In this document: one piece after another, positions 11,066 to 23,790 of the stretch | How the letters are laid out: every line of letters begins with the position of its first letter | How positions within the stretch are numbered: the stretch's first letter is position 1 | The notes under the pieces: generated by a model | What the model was told of the DNA's origin: nothing | The model's input: only the letters and a program-made list of their open reading frames with translations | Database searches by the model: none | Source of the DNA: Eledone cirrhosa | Lineage: Eukaryota | Assembly (NCBI GenBank): GCA_964016885.1 | Contig: OZ024762.1 | Span: forward strand, 18,228,001-18,292,000 | Length of the DNA stretch: 64,000 nt | Direction of reading: 5' to 3' | Position numbers and translations under genes: made by a program

Positions 11066-12488
11066 AGCATATAAACAATATGCCCCCCCCCCCCCCCCCC
11101 ACCGCAAGGTGGTCGTGGAGGTGCCACGGCAAAAAAGCACCCAGCCCACACTGTAAAGTGGACGTGTAGGCGCCACGAAAAAGCACCCAGCACTCACTGT
11201 AAATGAGGTTGGTGTTAGGAAGGGCATCCAGCTGTAGAAATCAAGCCAGATCAGTTCCTGTATGAGCAAGGCATGGTCAGCCGACCAGACACTGCCCACA
11301 ACAGGACAACCCGTCTAACCCATGCTAGCGTGGAAGAACGGACGTAAAACGGTGATGATGATGATGATGATGAATTATCTCACATAATATCGAATCTATG
11401 TGATTTTCATATTATTTATTTTGAGAACAATACCTTAACATCAGAATGAGTGGCTGGTTACAGCCGGTTTGAACAGAAAGAGGTGAGAGAATTTTGACCG
11501 GATACGGCCGGTTTAAATGCTAAAGGGTTAAGTTACTATCTCAGTAATGAAATAATTAATAATTTTAGTAAATCCTTCAAAATTCTTCATTAATTAATTG
11601 AAACAAAGTGTATTTCATTAGAAATAGTCATGAATGGGTTAAACATGTACAAATTTAGTAGATAAATATATATTTGCTAGAAAGGAAAATAGACATTAAA
11701 CAATGATGATGATATGTTTTAACATCTATTTTTCCATACTGGCATGGGTTGGATAGGATGTTTTGAGGCAATATTTTACAGTTGGTTGCTCTTCTTGGCA
11801 CCAAACCTTTTAGTTGCTTCTTATGACATGGAGAAATGAGGTATATCTATTCTGAAAACCGGGACACACACACACACACACATCACCATAATCATCGTTT
11901 AACATCTGCTTTCCCTGCTAGCAATAGTTGGCTGGGTCTTCATGGACCAATTCAGTAGGAAAGTGGGACTATCAACCTCTCAGACAGGCCAAGGAGTCTG
12001 TATCCCACTTACACATGGTCATATTGAATGCAGAGAAGTGTCATGTCCTTTGACACAAACTGAAGGGTCTACCTAACCCCTTATTTGACAAGCATTCTAG
12101 AGTTAGATGCCCGTCCTAACAGCAACCACTTTACAGTATGGACTCAATGCTTTTATATCATTTCAACATCATCACTGTTTAACATTTATTTTCTATGTAC
12201 TGAGTGAGGCCTGATTGATCAGGTGACGATGTCCTGCTTGTACACTCTGGTTTTGGTAGGTTTCTATGGCTGAATGCCCTTCTTAATGCCAACCACTTTA
12301 CAGAGTGTACAGGGAGCATTTTGTCATGACTCTGGCACTATCATCTTACAGGGTGGACTGGTTGCTATTTATCGTTACACCAGCACAACCACCTCAAAAT
12401 GCTGAACCGCACAGAGATGATGACGAAACACTCCAAGTAGGGGGAGGCTGTGAAGCAAGAATGAGCCAACATATGATGATGATGATAA

Positions 12489-12820
12489 TCTATATCATAA
12501 TAAGAGCACTGCCTGTCTGTCTGTCTCTCCACAACACTCACTTTATATAGAGAGGGGGAGCATCAAGTGGGAGATATGTACATAGAGAGAGAGAGAGGGA
12601 GAGAAAAGGGAATGCCGTGTTTTCGAGGTGACACAAAGAGGTAGATAGACAGAAAGTTATGATACTGTTCTCATCTATATAGAGATAGGGGGAGCGCCAA
12701 GCAAAAGAGATGTACATAGATAGAGAGAGAGAAAAGGAACGCTATTTGTTTCAGGAGAGAGAGAGAGAGAGAGAGTGTGTGTGTCAGAAAGAGGGAGAAG
12801 GCGATGTCACCCTCATCTAG
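12489..12820 (+). mobile_element. Putative non-autonomous Helitron
   Basis: Starts A|TCTATATCATAATAAGAG, ends CTAG|T, with a subterminal gaggg...ccctc hairpin and internal microsatellites. Confidence 0.45.
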
Positions 12821-12926
12821 TTTTATATAAGTATGGAAATGATTTTAGCAAACCCACTCCAAATTCTTCAGTAATTAATTCAAATCCAGTGTAATTAGAA
12901 ATATGGTAACAAAGAGGTTAACATAC

Positions 12927-13038
12927 CTGGTGGTGATGTCTTGATAGCTGCTGCCCTTGGTGAAAGAAGCAGAGATGTCAGTGATAAATAATGGATCCTG
13001 TTGGCATGGTGACACACAAATTTTGGTGCTAACGACAT
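12927..13038 (-). CDS. CLPX: CLPX first coding exon (MSLAPKFVCHHANRIHYLSLTSLLLSPRAAAIKTSPP), presequence-like
   Basis: ATG at 13038, donor gtatgt at 12926, phase 1 matching the next exon. The peptide has no acidic residues, like a mitochondrial presequence. Acceptor tag at 13100-13098 implies an upstream non-coding exon. Confidence 0.7.
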
Positions 13039-14501
13039 CTTTCAGCACTGCTCCACAGAATTAAGGTGTGGAGAGGCTTAAATACCCAGGGTGGGTGCTA
13101 TAAAATAAAAAGAAAAAGAAAATGAGATTTACAGTTCACGTCTATACATGTCTAGCTAGCCACCTTCAAGATTGCATCTCATAGGAGGTATCGTGCAGGT
13201 TTGTTTTAATCATAAGTGTCCCCAGTGATATCATAAAAATTCATCATCATTTAAAATCTGCTTTTCCTGCTAGCAAGGGTTGGACGGGCCTACACAAACC
13301 AAGTCTGTATTGACACAAGGCTACTGACCTTTCAGACAAGCCAAGGGGGTCTGCATCTTGCTTACATAGTCATACATTCTATTGAGTGCACAGGGGAATT
13401 TGTCGTGACTTTTGACACAAACTGAAGGGTCTTCCTAACCTCTTGTTATGCAAGCTTTCTGCAGCTGGATACCCTTCCAATCACCAGCCACTTTATAGAG
13501 TGAACTGGTAGCTTTTATCATGTAGATCACCAGCACTAGGGAGATTGTGTTTGACACAATGTGAAATGAAATGTCTTGCTCGAGAACAAAAACAGGGGCA
13601 CCCATTTAAGATACCAAACCTATCACCTTACGATAGGGAGTCAATACCCTAAAAACTAGGCCACACACCATCAAATGTTAGACACTGTGAGAGGGATATA
13701 AAAGAGAACAAGACTAGTTAAGATGATGTTATTGTGTAGCTCCTTTCTTCATCCCATGACAGAGTAGACCTCAATATAAAAGTAGGGGTAGCAGGGCATG
13801 GAGGGACAGTGTCATCTAGTTTCACCTATTCCCATCTTCATGACAATTCCTGATGTGGCCTATGGGTTGGGGTGATGGGTTGAAAAACCTTAAGGTTGTT
13901 AAACAGATGATATGCAATAGAACTGAAACAGAGGGTCCTGTGACTGTGAAGCGAACTTCTTCACCATTCTGCGTACCTACAAAATCACATATCAACCATA
14001 ATAATATGCCACAGGTGTCAGCATATTTACATATATTCTCAGACTGGGTGATGTGTTGTTTCTTTGAGCAAGACACTTTACTCCAGTTTACTCAGCTGTA
14101 GAAATGAGATGATAGGGACTAGGGTCCATATCATTCCACTGCAAAGTGGTCGTGCAGGTGCCACGGCAAAAAAGCACCCAGCACTGAGGTTGGTGTTAGG
14201 AAGGGCATCCAGCTGTAGAAATCAAGCCAGAATCAGTTCCCGTCCCACCCTTGCAAGCAGGGAAAAGTGGACGTATGATGAAATGATGATGAAATGATGA
14301 TGATACACATACAAACATGTGATGCATTATCATGGCAGGAGACCCAAGCAAAGATGGTTGGATAACATCCATGAGTTTGGCTGGTCTCGCTTAGGGATCC
14401 AGCTGGATCAGTTGGAGACAGCTGCTTCTGACAGGACCAGCTGGAAGGCGTGTTTGAGGACTCTGCCCCCAGGACCCTCTCAGCAGTAAGTGGGCAAAGA
14501 A

Positions 14502-14546
<45 letters not shown>

Positions 14547-14794
14547 GTGAAGGCGTGTGGCTGAGTGGGTAGAGAATTGGATTCACAATCTTGAGATTGT
14601 GAGTTCGATTCCTGGACCAGGCGATGCGTTATGTCCTTGAGCAAGACACTTTATTTCATGTTGCTCCTTCTACCTGGAGTTGCGACCGATAGATAGTATT
14701 AGCAACTGGAAAGACCGACGAAAACATTGTTTCCTCGGTCCGATTTGACGAAAGTCGATCGACTAAAGAGAAAAGAAAGAGATATATGTATATA

Positions 14795-14979
14795 TAGAAA
14801 AATTTTCAAGACCCCGACGGCAGAGCTCAAGCCGTTTCGACGGCTATTTCTAGACGTCGCAACGGCTTGAGCTCTGCCGTCGGGGTCTTGCAAATTTTCC
14901 TATTACCCACTCTACTACCCTAAGTATTGAGTACTCTGGTGCGTTATGGTCCACCTGGTTCCTTACCACACTTCCTTTG

Positions 14980-14982
<3 letters not shown>
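14795..14982 (+). mobile_element. (TA)n-embedded fold-back element containing the 3' half of a hammerhead ribozyme (copy 1; others at 35314-35511 -, 48332-48480 +, 48497-48690 +, 57930-58072 -)
   Basis: ~108-bp hairpin followed by constant tail ttacccactctactaccctaagtattgagtactctggtgcgttatggtcc..., flanked by (TA)n. Confidence 0.7.
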
Positions 14983-15012
<30 letters not shown>

Positions 15013-15015
<3 letters not shown>

Positions 15016-15547
15016 TCATCATCAACGTTTAACGTCCGTGTTCCACGCTTGCATGGGTTTGGACGGGGGTAGTCCCACTTGAGGCAAGAGTGATTGTCTT
15101 GCTCGCATAGGACTGTCTGGCAGGTTTTCTACAGTTGGATGCCCTTCCTAACACCAACCACATTTACAGTGTGGGTCTGGGAGGTTTTTACCGTGTTGCC
15201 TACACGGCCACATTACAGCGTGGACTGTGTGTTTTTTTGTCGTGACACCTACACGATCTCATTTGTTTCGGCCTGGATGGTGTGGCACCAACATAACTTT
15301 ACATAGAACGGGGTGGTGTGGATGGGGTGGGGGTGGTGGCGGTGGGACGGGTATTTTGTTAGAGATGCCTACTGGCTGTAGTAGGTTTTACTATGTATTT
15401 AGGTAAGGCGGGTCTTCTCTGTTACTGAGTACCGCCAAAGGTCTCGGTCCAGTGACATTGTCTTGGAGAGGTGTAAGTGTGTGAGGTCGGAGTTTATCAG
15501 CTCGTCCCAGGTTTTTCTAGGTCTGCCTATTCCGTGGCTACCGTCTA
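15013..15547 (-). mobile_element. 5'-truncated RTE LINE (3' end), near-identical to 46363-47070
   Basis: Encodes [25 protein letters not shown] on the minus strand; shares 3' UTR and (GAT)n tail with the 46-kb copy. Confidence 0.85.
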
Positions 15548-15980
15548 TATATATATATATAGTTTAAAATGAACGAACTAAACACAGGAGGCAATTGTCA
15601 GGAGGCAATTGTAGTTATATTAGGTTCACGCTTGGTGGAAGTGGAGGATATTTAAATATATATATATTGGATACCAAGGAAGTAAAGAAGAATCAGCTGG
15701 CTAGAGACAAGATGGTACCACGATCTAATCAGATACCTCAGCTCCCAAATTACCAAAGATAGGACACAGTGGAGGTCAACTAAGCAGGAATTTTCACAAC
15801 AGGTGTGAGAAGTCCCTGGCATATATATAACATGTTTAATATAGAGATCGCTTCTACAGGACTATAACTAGAACCTAGGACTCACACATACATACATACA
15901 CACACACACACATATATATTGTGCCTAAAGTAGAAACAATTATGTCTGTGTGTGTTTGTGTATTTGTAAATAATTACAGA

Positions 15981-16016
<36 letters not shown>

Positions 16017-16527
16017 TCTGTAATTATTTACAAATACACAAACAGACATAATTGTTTCTACTTTAGGCACAAGGCCAGCAATTACCCAGTGCATTACTGG
16101 TACTTTATTTTATCGACCCCGTAAGGATGAAAGGCGAAGTCAACCTCGGCGGGATTTGAACTCAGATCGTAAAGGGACGTAACTATGCTGGAAAGCATGG
16201 CGTCCGACTCTCTACCGATACTGCCATTCCACCGCCGATACACAGACATAATGCATTTCCTATCTCAGCCATGTTGCTACAAGAAATTTGCTTTACAATA
16301 ACAATGTCCTGGATTCTAACCCTGCATTTGTCCCTGTAAATAGATATTTCCCCCAAAGTCACTCATATATTTAATCTTGTATGCCATTTATACATACGTT
16401 CTCGACGTTTATGTAATCATATCTTAATCACTTCTATGTATCTGTAATGAACGAACATACACTGTAAGGTTTCTCTTATGCAAACTATAAATCTATCAAA
16501 ACGATTGTTCATATATCCAGAAATCCT

Positions 16528-16573
<46 letters not shown>

Positions 16574-16874
16574 ACAGTAATTCTGTATTCCAAAAATTAA
16601 ATATGTCCTGTTATATACTCAATACTATTGCCGGCATTATAATAATGATGGCACCCACTGGTCCACTAGTGTTGTGATTGACCTACAAAGGTTCGTGTTG
16701 CTAAATATTTATGAATATGACCAATATATATTAGAGTACATGTGAACCTTCATATCCCATAGTGCTAGGTCAGTGTTGCTAGCAAGAGTTATCTGCTGTC
16801 TAGCTAATGAATATATGTAGGTATGATAAACAGACACAAGCGAACCATAACAACAACTGTTCTATATATATATA

Positions 16875-16930
<56 letters not shown>

Positions 16931-19814
16931 AGAGAGAGAGAGAGATAAAAACATGAAGACAGACAATATTAGAAAAATAAACAGTTTTTTTTTTAAGCCT
17001 ATCTATTTGTTATCTCCATTATATTTCGGATATCCTTCCATACTTACGATTCGTGAACGTAAATTTTCGAGACCAGTGCTCATCTGTGCTGTGTGTCAAA
17101 AGGACATTAAACATTGTTTTGTTTTTTCCTTTTTTTTTTGTTTTGATTTTTTTTCAATTATTAGGCACTTGGTGAATAAAAAAGAAACTCACGGGATATT
17201 TTGTTTGCTTTAGAGTTTCGTACACAAAACTTTAGGGTATCCAAAATGGTGCAACAATAGTAATAAAGGAGAAAATAAAAAGATATTTAAAAAAAAAAGT
17301 TACTTATGCAAAAGAAGAATTTAAAAAAGAAAACATACTCAAAGGTAGGGTTTCAAAATAGGAGGGGAGGAAAAAGATGGGTCAGCTTCCACAAGGAAAA
17401 CAGGATTTTTTTTCTTTTTTTTTTGTTTGTCTGTCCTTTACAAGCGATAGGAACTAATCTGATACGACTCCATGTTTGTAAACGGAACACAATGTATCAT
17501 TGCGCTATGTTTGTTGGTTTCGGTGGTAGTAGTGAGAGTTGGGTGATGGACGGAGTGGGACTATTTACAACCCATCCCGGTTATCAACTCACACGATACA
17601 TTACGTACAAACATGTTGAGTAACTCCGCAGTTATTATTATCATCATCATCATCACCGTCATCACCACCATTTCTTCCTCCGCCTCCATCTTCTTCAGCT
17701 TCAACCTCCTCCGGCTTCGCCATTCCCTCCGCCTCTCTCAAATATAACAACTACAATGATGATAGTGGTGATGATGATGATGCTGACGATAATATTAGTG
17801 ATGTTTGCGATAGTAATACTGACATTAACAAAATATAAACCCTCTATGTTTTTTCACGTAAAGTCTAATTTTTAGGCGTCAAAAGAAAATATTTAAAGCA
17901 TTTTAACCGAAATATTATTTGCACAAAAAATTTTAATTGAGTCAACGATAGATTCTGAAAGGAAAATAAAATTGCTATTGCTAAAAGTACATGCGAACGC
18001 CTCGTTAACAAGGAGAAAGAGGATATTCATCGCAGTCATTGTGACATAAGTAAATATAATCGAAGACGTGATGGGGTGGGAGGTATTTTATTTATTTATC
18101 CAATTTTTAGTATTAGCTACAAAAGGAAACCGGCTCAAATTCGGATCCGAAAGCACTTAGTCATTCCTCGATAGTAAGTGCCCGTATTCTTTATATAACG
18201 TGGCATAGCTGCATTTTAGCGAGTAAAATTCCTATGGAACGGACGAACTAAAAATAAATATCTGAACGCAACAAAAATGTACTACGGTTCACGAACTTAA
18301 TTTGTTCCTAAATGCTGTTCGTCAGCGGAAATGTTCGTAAGCCGAATCTATTTTCCCTATGAAATGTTGAGAGACTGTGGGAAAGACAGAGAGATATCAC
18401 CATAGTAACTAACTACACAGCAAGTGACGCTTTCCTGTCGATATCCCAAGCTTGTCACCAACTGTTGTTGCCGGTTTGCGTGTTCGTTACTCGAGATATC
18501 GTTCGTGAACTGAGACGTTTTATGTTCGGAAAAATTGTTCGTGAACCGAGGTTCCATTTGTATAACAATGATAAAAAAAAAACTTTTTAATTATTTAATG
18601 AGCTGAATTTTGTTGTAAATGTTACGTAAATTTGATAGTGGTTGTGGGTTTTACATATGTAATGTAGTGATTTAAAAACGACCATTATCCGAGCAATTAA
18701 TAGATAAAAACTTCAACTAGGGATTTTAAAATATAAATGCAAGAAACAAGGTATATAACTCCTCCAAGATCAACAACAACAAGCTTTTTAAAGACCATTT
18801 CTCCTACGATAGGTTTCTCCACTTTGCCCTATCATCTGCATTACTTCTCATCAACACCATAGCTTTCAGATCCTCATCCATCATCCCCAGCCATGTCTTA
18901 CTTGGTCTTCCCCTTCCTCTGCATTTATTTTCATCACTCCTTTCACCCAGTCACTTTCATTCTTCCTCAACACATGACCCAACCATTTCATTCTCTTCCC
19001 ATTTATCACTGACTCTATTCCTATAATTCCTCTCTTTCTCTCTCTCACTCACCCAGTCATTTCTTCATATTGTGGCTCAAGTTTTGCCCTAGTAAAATGT
19101 TTTCAATGGCAAATTTATTTTGAAAAAGATACTGTGTATGGCGGCGAATTGGGAGAGTCATTAAGAGGTCAGAAAGAATGCTTTACACCTCTCTGATTTC
19201 AAATCCCGCCGTGGTCAACTTTTCCTTTTAAGGTCAATAAAAAATGTACCAGTGTCAGTACTGGGGTCGATTCTTCCTCTATAGAAAAAATCAGCTGTCC
19301 TCAGACCTGGAGAGGGTTGGGGTCCGCCAGGTTTAAAAGTGCCCTAGACATGCCATATGATAGTGCCTCAAAGACTCCACAAGGAGTTGGGCGTGTATAA
19401 GTCATGTTTTTCCATGAAAATATCATGAAAAGCCAACACACTGCTACTTATCTATAAGACCTACAAAACCTCAATTCAAAATATGAGGTACATTTTAAAT
19501 GTATATAAAATAGAAATTTGACTCATCAATATATACAGTAACTTCAACTTTCCAGAAAATAACAATCAACAAATATTATAGTTATAATATTTTTATTGAA
19601 ATATTATAAAACATTAAGTTACATCATCATTTAACATCTTTCCCTATTAGCAAGGGTTGGACAGGTCTACATAGACCAGGGTGGAGTTGTTACCTTTAAA
19701 GGGGAGGTAGGACTGCTGCAATAAGTGTTTGAATCTGAGAAGGGAATATCATCATCATCCTGATCCTCTTGTATTTTCTTTTACCTAAAGCCAGGAACTT
19801 TTCAGCATCCCAGT

Positions 19815-20014
<200 letters not shown>

Positions 20015-20334
20015 ATCATCATCATCACCGTTTAACATCTATTTTCCGTGATCACATGGGTTTGACGAGCTGTCACATAGCCTAAACAGGTGACCATGTC
20101 TTGCTCATATGCTCCATATTTTTCTTGCTTTCGATGGCTGGATGCCTTTCCTAACACCAATCACTTTATACAGAGAACATTTCATGACTCTAGCACTACC
20201 ACCTTTTAGGGTGAACTGGATGCTTTTGTCATGGCACCAGGACTTCTGCCATACAGTGCTGACAGGGCGCTTTTCATTGCAGCACCAGTACTACCACTTT
20301 ACAGAGTATATTGATTTGTGTTACTTAAAAAACG

Positions 20335-20875
20335 TTTCCCACATAGACACGTTCTCCACCTCCAACTTAGTCACTTCAGCCACAAACCCCAGTACAGCAG
20401 CCTGCAATACAGAGGACAGGAAGACAAGCAAATACTGGGGCTTGTCCAGTCACTTCCTCTTTGCACGGGTAATCGTCGAGACCTCAGGTGTCCTCTGATC
20501 CCCTGCTGCCAAGCACCTGTGCAAAATTGGAAAGTCAGCAGCCCATCTGCGGAAGGAGCCTTGCAAGGTGGAGTAGCTGTCGCAGTGGGTGTCACTGGCT
20601 ATTGTCTGCGGAAATACATTTGCAGTTTTGTCAGCAGGGCGCACCTGAAACACCGCCCCACCCTAGAGCCTGTTACCCTCTCCCCTTTCTTTCTTCTGTG
20701 GCCTAATAGTCCTTGCTTTTTCCCTCTCATGGCATTTGCAGTCCTTTCCTCTACTTTCCAATGCAGCCAAATCTGTCCTTCTTTACCCCTCCCCACTTTT
20801 TCATTACTTAATATTGTTTTTATCTTTCTTTTTCATATTTCCATCGTTGTATAACTTCTTTTTGTAAAATATAGT
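20335..20875 (+). mobile_element. 3' fragment of a CRE/NeSL-type (restriction-like endonuclease) non-LTR retrotransposon
   Basis: DTFSTSNL...EDRKTSKYWGLSSHFLFARVIVETSGVL*...VSLAIVCGNTFAVL resembles the RLE C-terminus (K..KY..L...F.P..VET.G..QR.S.A..RGN). Followed by a pyrimidine-rich tail. Confidence 0.6.
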
Positions 20876-20885
20876 TGATGAATGG

Positions 20886-21883
20886 TCATTCTGTAGTGTG
20901 TATTCTTTTGTGGCTTACAAGATGAGAATTCTCAGTGAAAGATTTCTCACATATTTCACAGTGATAAGGTTTTTCTCCAGTATGAATCTTTTGGTGTCTG
21001 ATTAAATTCCTGTCATTGGCAAAAGATTTTCCACATATTTTACAATGTGATGGTTTTTCTCCACTGTGTGTTTGTATATGTATTTTTAACTTACTGTTAG
21101 ACACAAAAGATTTAGCACATATTTCACAATGATAGCGTCTTTCTCCAGTGTGTATTGTTTTGTGATCTACAAGACGAGAATTAATAGAAAATGATTTCCC
21201 ACATATTTCACAGTGGTAGGGTTTTTCTCCAGTGTGAATACGTATGTGGGTAACAAGACTCCAATTCTCGGTGAAAGATTTTCCACATATTTCACAATGA
21301 AACGGTTTTTCTCCAGTGTGAATTCTTTTATGAGTTGTTAAATAACGATTATCAGCAAAACATTTCCCACATATGTCACAGGAGAAAGGCTTTTCTCCAG
21401 TGTGGCTACGTATGTGGATAACAAGATGAGCATTCTGAGTGAAAGATTTCCCACATATTTCACAGTGGAAGGGTTTTTCTCCAGTGTGTATTCTTTTGTG
21501 GACAGTTAAATAATTACTATCAAGAAATGATTTTCCACATATTTCACAGGGGAAGGGTTTTTCTCCAGAGTGACTACGTTTGTGGATAACAAGATGAGCG
21601 GATTGAGTGAATGATTTCCCACAAGTTTCACAACGAAACGGTTTTTCTCCTGTGTGTATCCGTTTGTGTATTATCAACTTACTGTTGTTGGCAAAAGATT
21701 TCCCACATATCTCACAGTCAATATTTTTGTGTCCTGATTTTGGTTTAGTAAACGATTCACTTTGTAAAAGTTTATCAGCGCTGTATGTCTGTGTTACAAA
21801 ATCAATATTGGTAATAACAGTTGTGTTAGAAGTGTCTAAGTTATTGAAATCCTCCATAATAGTTCTAGAAGAATTCTTAAAAG
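20886..21883 (-). CDS. C2H2 zinc-finger protein, main exon (10 tandem fingers)
   Basis: ORF 20886-21857 has ten CxxC...HxxxH fingers with TGEKP linkers. Acceptor ttctcag at 21885-21884 extends the frame upstream. Confidence 0.92.
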
Positions 21884-21997
21884 CTGAGAAATATGTCTAT
21901 GAGTCTAATTTATTGTGGTTCAGTTTCTTATCTTTTACAACATCACAGGACAATATATGAGTGGACAATAGGCAATGTAGATATAATGTCTACATAC

Positions 21998-22040
21998 CGA
22001 TAGAATTTCTCTTGCTGACTGGATCCTCTCCAAGTGCCAT
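21998..22040 (-). CDS. Probable first coding exon of the C2H2 ZNF gene (MALGEDPVSKRNSI)
   Basis: ATG at 22040 and donor gtatgt at 21997 splice in frame across a 114-bp intron to AFKNSSRTIMEDF. Confidence 0.55.
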
Positions 22041-23554
22041 ATATATTTTTGTAGATAAGACTTATATTTCTACTTTAATAAAAGTGGATATAATTAATGG
22101 ATGCTATGTAGTTTAAAGCATACAAGCAACTGCAGGTTATAACGGTACGTTCAGTTAAAACGACTGTAAAACAAGAAAATAGACAGACTGGCGTCGGAGA
22201 AAGGACGTATATGTTTGAAGTAGCTAATATATCAGGATTGTTCGCCCCAGATAGTAGAAAACTACAAATGTGGGCTGGCAATATAAATTATACAGTCTTT
22301 GGATTAGAAGGTTAAAGTTAAGAAAGATATTTACTCATTCGTTGGTCATTAAAATCCACTTTCCTTAAAAAATTGGGCAGAAACAATTCACAGTGTAACG
22401 CAAGTTTGTGACATAATGGGATATTGAATCATGAAAGGATATATATCACAGATCCCGAAACATGTAGGTAGCTGTATGTTAACCACAAACATTAACGTTC
22501 ACCTTAACATTACATAATTACTACACAAGATTTAATTAGATAAATTAAAGTTAGAATGAAATTAAGGAGGCGGTGTCGTTGACAATTTTACCCCGACATA
22601 AATAATACCGGTGACATAAGTTAAAGGTCCCTAACATAATTTAGTACCATGAGAAACACCTTCAGTTGTATCCAAACTCATGATAAATTACCATCCCTTA
22701 CACACACACTCCAGCAAAGTAACTACTAAGTTTACCGATATTAGGATAAAAACGGAAAAAGCAGTGAAACTTAATATTAGGATCTGCAATGATTGGGAAT
22801 GTAAAAACGTAACTATGCTTTCCAGAAATACCGAAACGAATAAGTGAAAACTGGAAAATAGGTAAATTATTCATCTCATACGATATGTCGTACAGTATAT
22901 AACTGGTGTTGAGTCTAAATAAAATCGAAACATACTTAAATGTAAACATATTAACAGCATCTCGCTCATAAACATGATACGGTGTATACGTTATAAGAAA
23001 TTCTATTTTCAGTAAATGAAATATTAAATTATGTTGGTAGGTGATTGATTTGGCAGAGTCGTTAGAGAGTTAGATATCTGTTTACGACTATCTGTGTTCT
23101 GAGTTTAAATCCCATTGAGGTCCTCTTTGCCTTTCATCTATTATCTGGGTCGATAAAGTAAGTACAGTTGCTGATACAACTCTGTAAACAATACGAAAAC
23201 GCCAGTTCTCTTCAAAACAACACCAACTAAACCATAATTTCCCTTCACTATCAGACTCTGAAATGTTCTGGAATATACAACAATTATTAATTTATTTGAA
23301 TCGGTTGGTTTTGAATTAAAAATGAAGCCACGACGAAATTGCCTCCCTTGGAAAAATTGAAGGTGATGTCCGCGAAGCTGTTTGGTTATTCCAGTGCCCT
23401 AACCTCTCTATAACCCGTGGCAATGCCGTGTGTATGGTGGGCTTGACGACTTGGGGGGAGGGGGGATCAGACGCATTTCATCTTTATCTCTCTCTCTCTC
23501 TAACCTGTCCCAACACAAACAATATATGAACGAAGATATTTGGTTCTTCATTAC

Positions 23555-23790
23555 GAACCAGTAGTTGCAGCGGGTGTCACTGGCCATCGTTCGGGGGAAT
23601 TGCTTTTGCCATCTTGTTCGCAGAGCGCAGCACTCCTTCCCCCAGGTCCAATTACCTCTCTCTCTTCTGCGACACCTGAGTTCTTGCCATCCCCTCTCTT
23701 TCCCGTTCTTTTTCTATATTTCTCTATTCCCTTTGTTTCCCCTTTTTTAAATTTTTTCTTACTAAATAAGGTTTGATTTTTGCTTTTGAA
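23555..23790 (+). mobile_element. Short 3' fragment of a CRE-type retrotransposon
   Basis: QRVSLAIVRGN C-terminal motif plus pyrimidine-rich tail, homologous to 20580-20870. Confidence 0.5.

Larger units (their letters stand above)
3260..11374 (+). mobile_element. Near full-length RTE-clade LINE (5' tandem array, single EN-RT ORF, 3' UTR, (GAT)n tail)
   Basis: 14-bp TSD ttatct(t/c)acataat at 3246-3259 and 11375-11388. Intact ORF at 7946-11065; (GAT)n 3' tail as in RTE elements. Confidence 0.9.
3009..11527. mobile_element. piggyBac-type MITE (TTAA|CCCTTTAG...CTAAAGGG|TTAA) split by SINE and LINE insertions
   Basis: The left part (3009-3259, minus the SINE) and right part (11375-11527) join to match the intact copy at 32757-32963. 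TTAA flanks at 3005-3008 and 11528-11531. Confidence 0.8.

Noticed and set aside
17300-17760. Non-coding first exon and promoter of CLPX
   Set aside because: A donor-like GTATGT near 17338 is plausible, but boundaries cannot be supported without transcripts.
18180-18563. Possible pogo/Tigger-like MITE end (gaaccgaggttccatttgta)
   Set aside because: Only one terminus is recognisable; no matching TIR was found.
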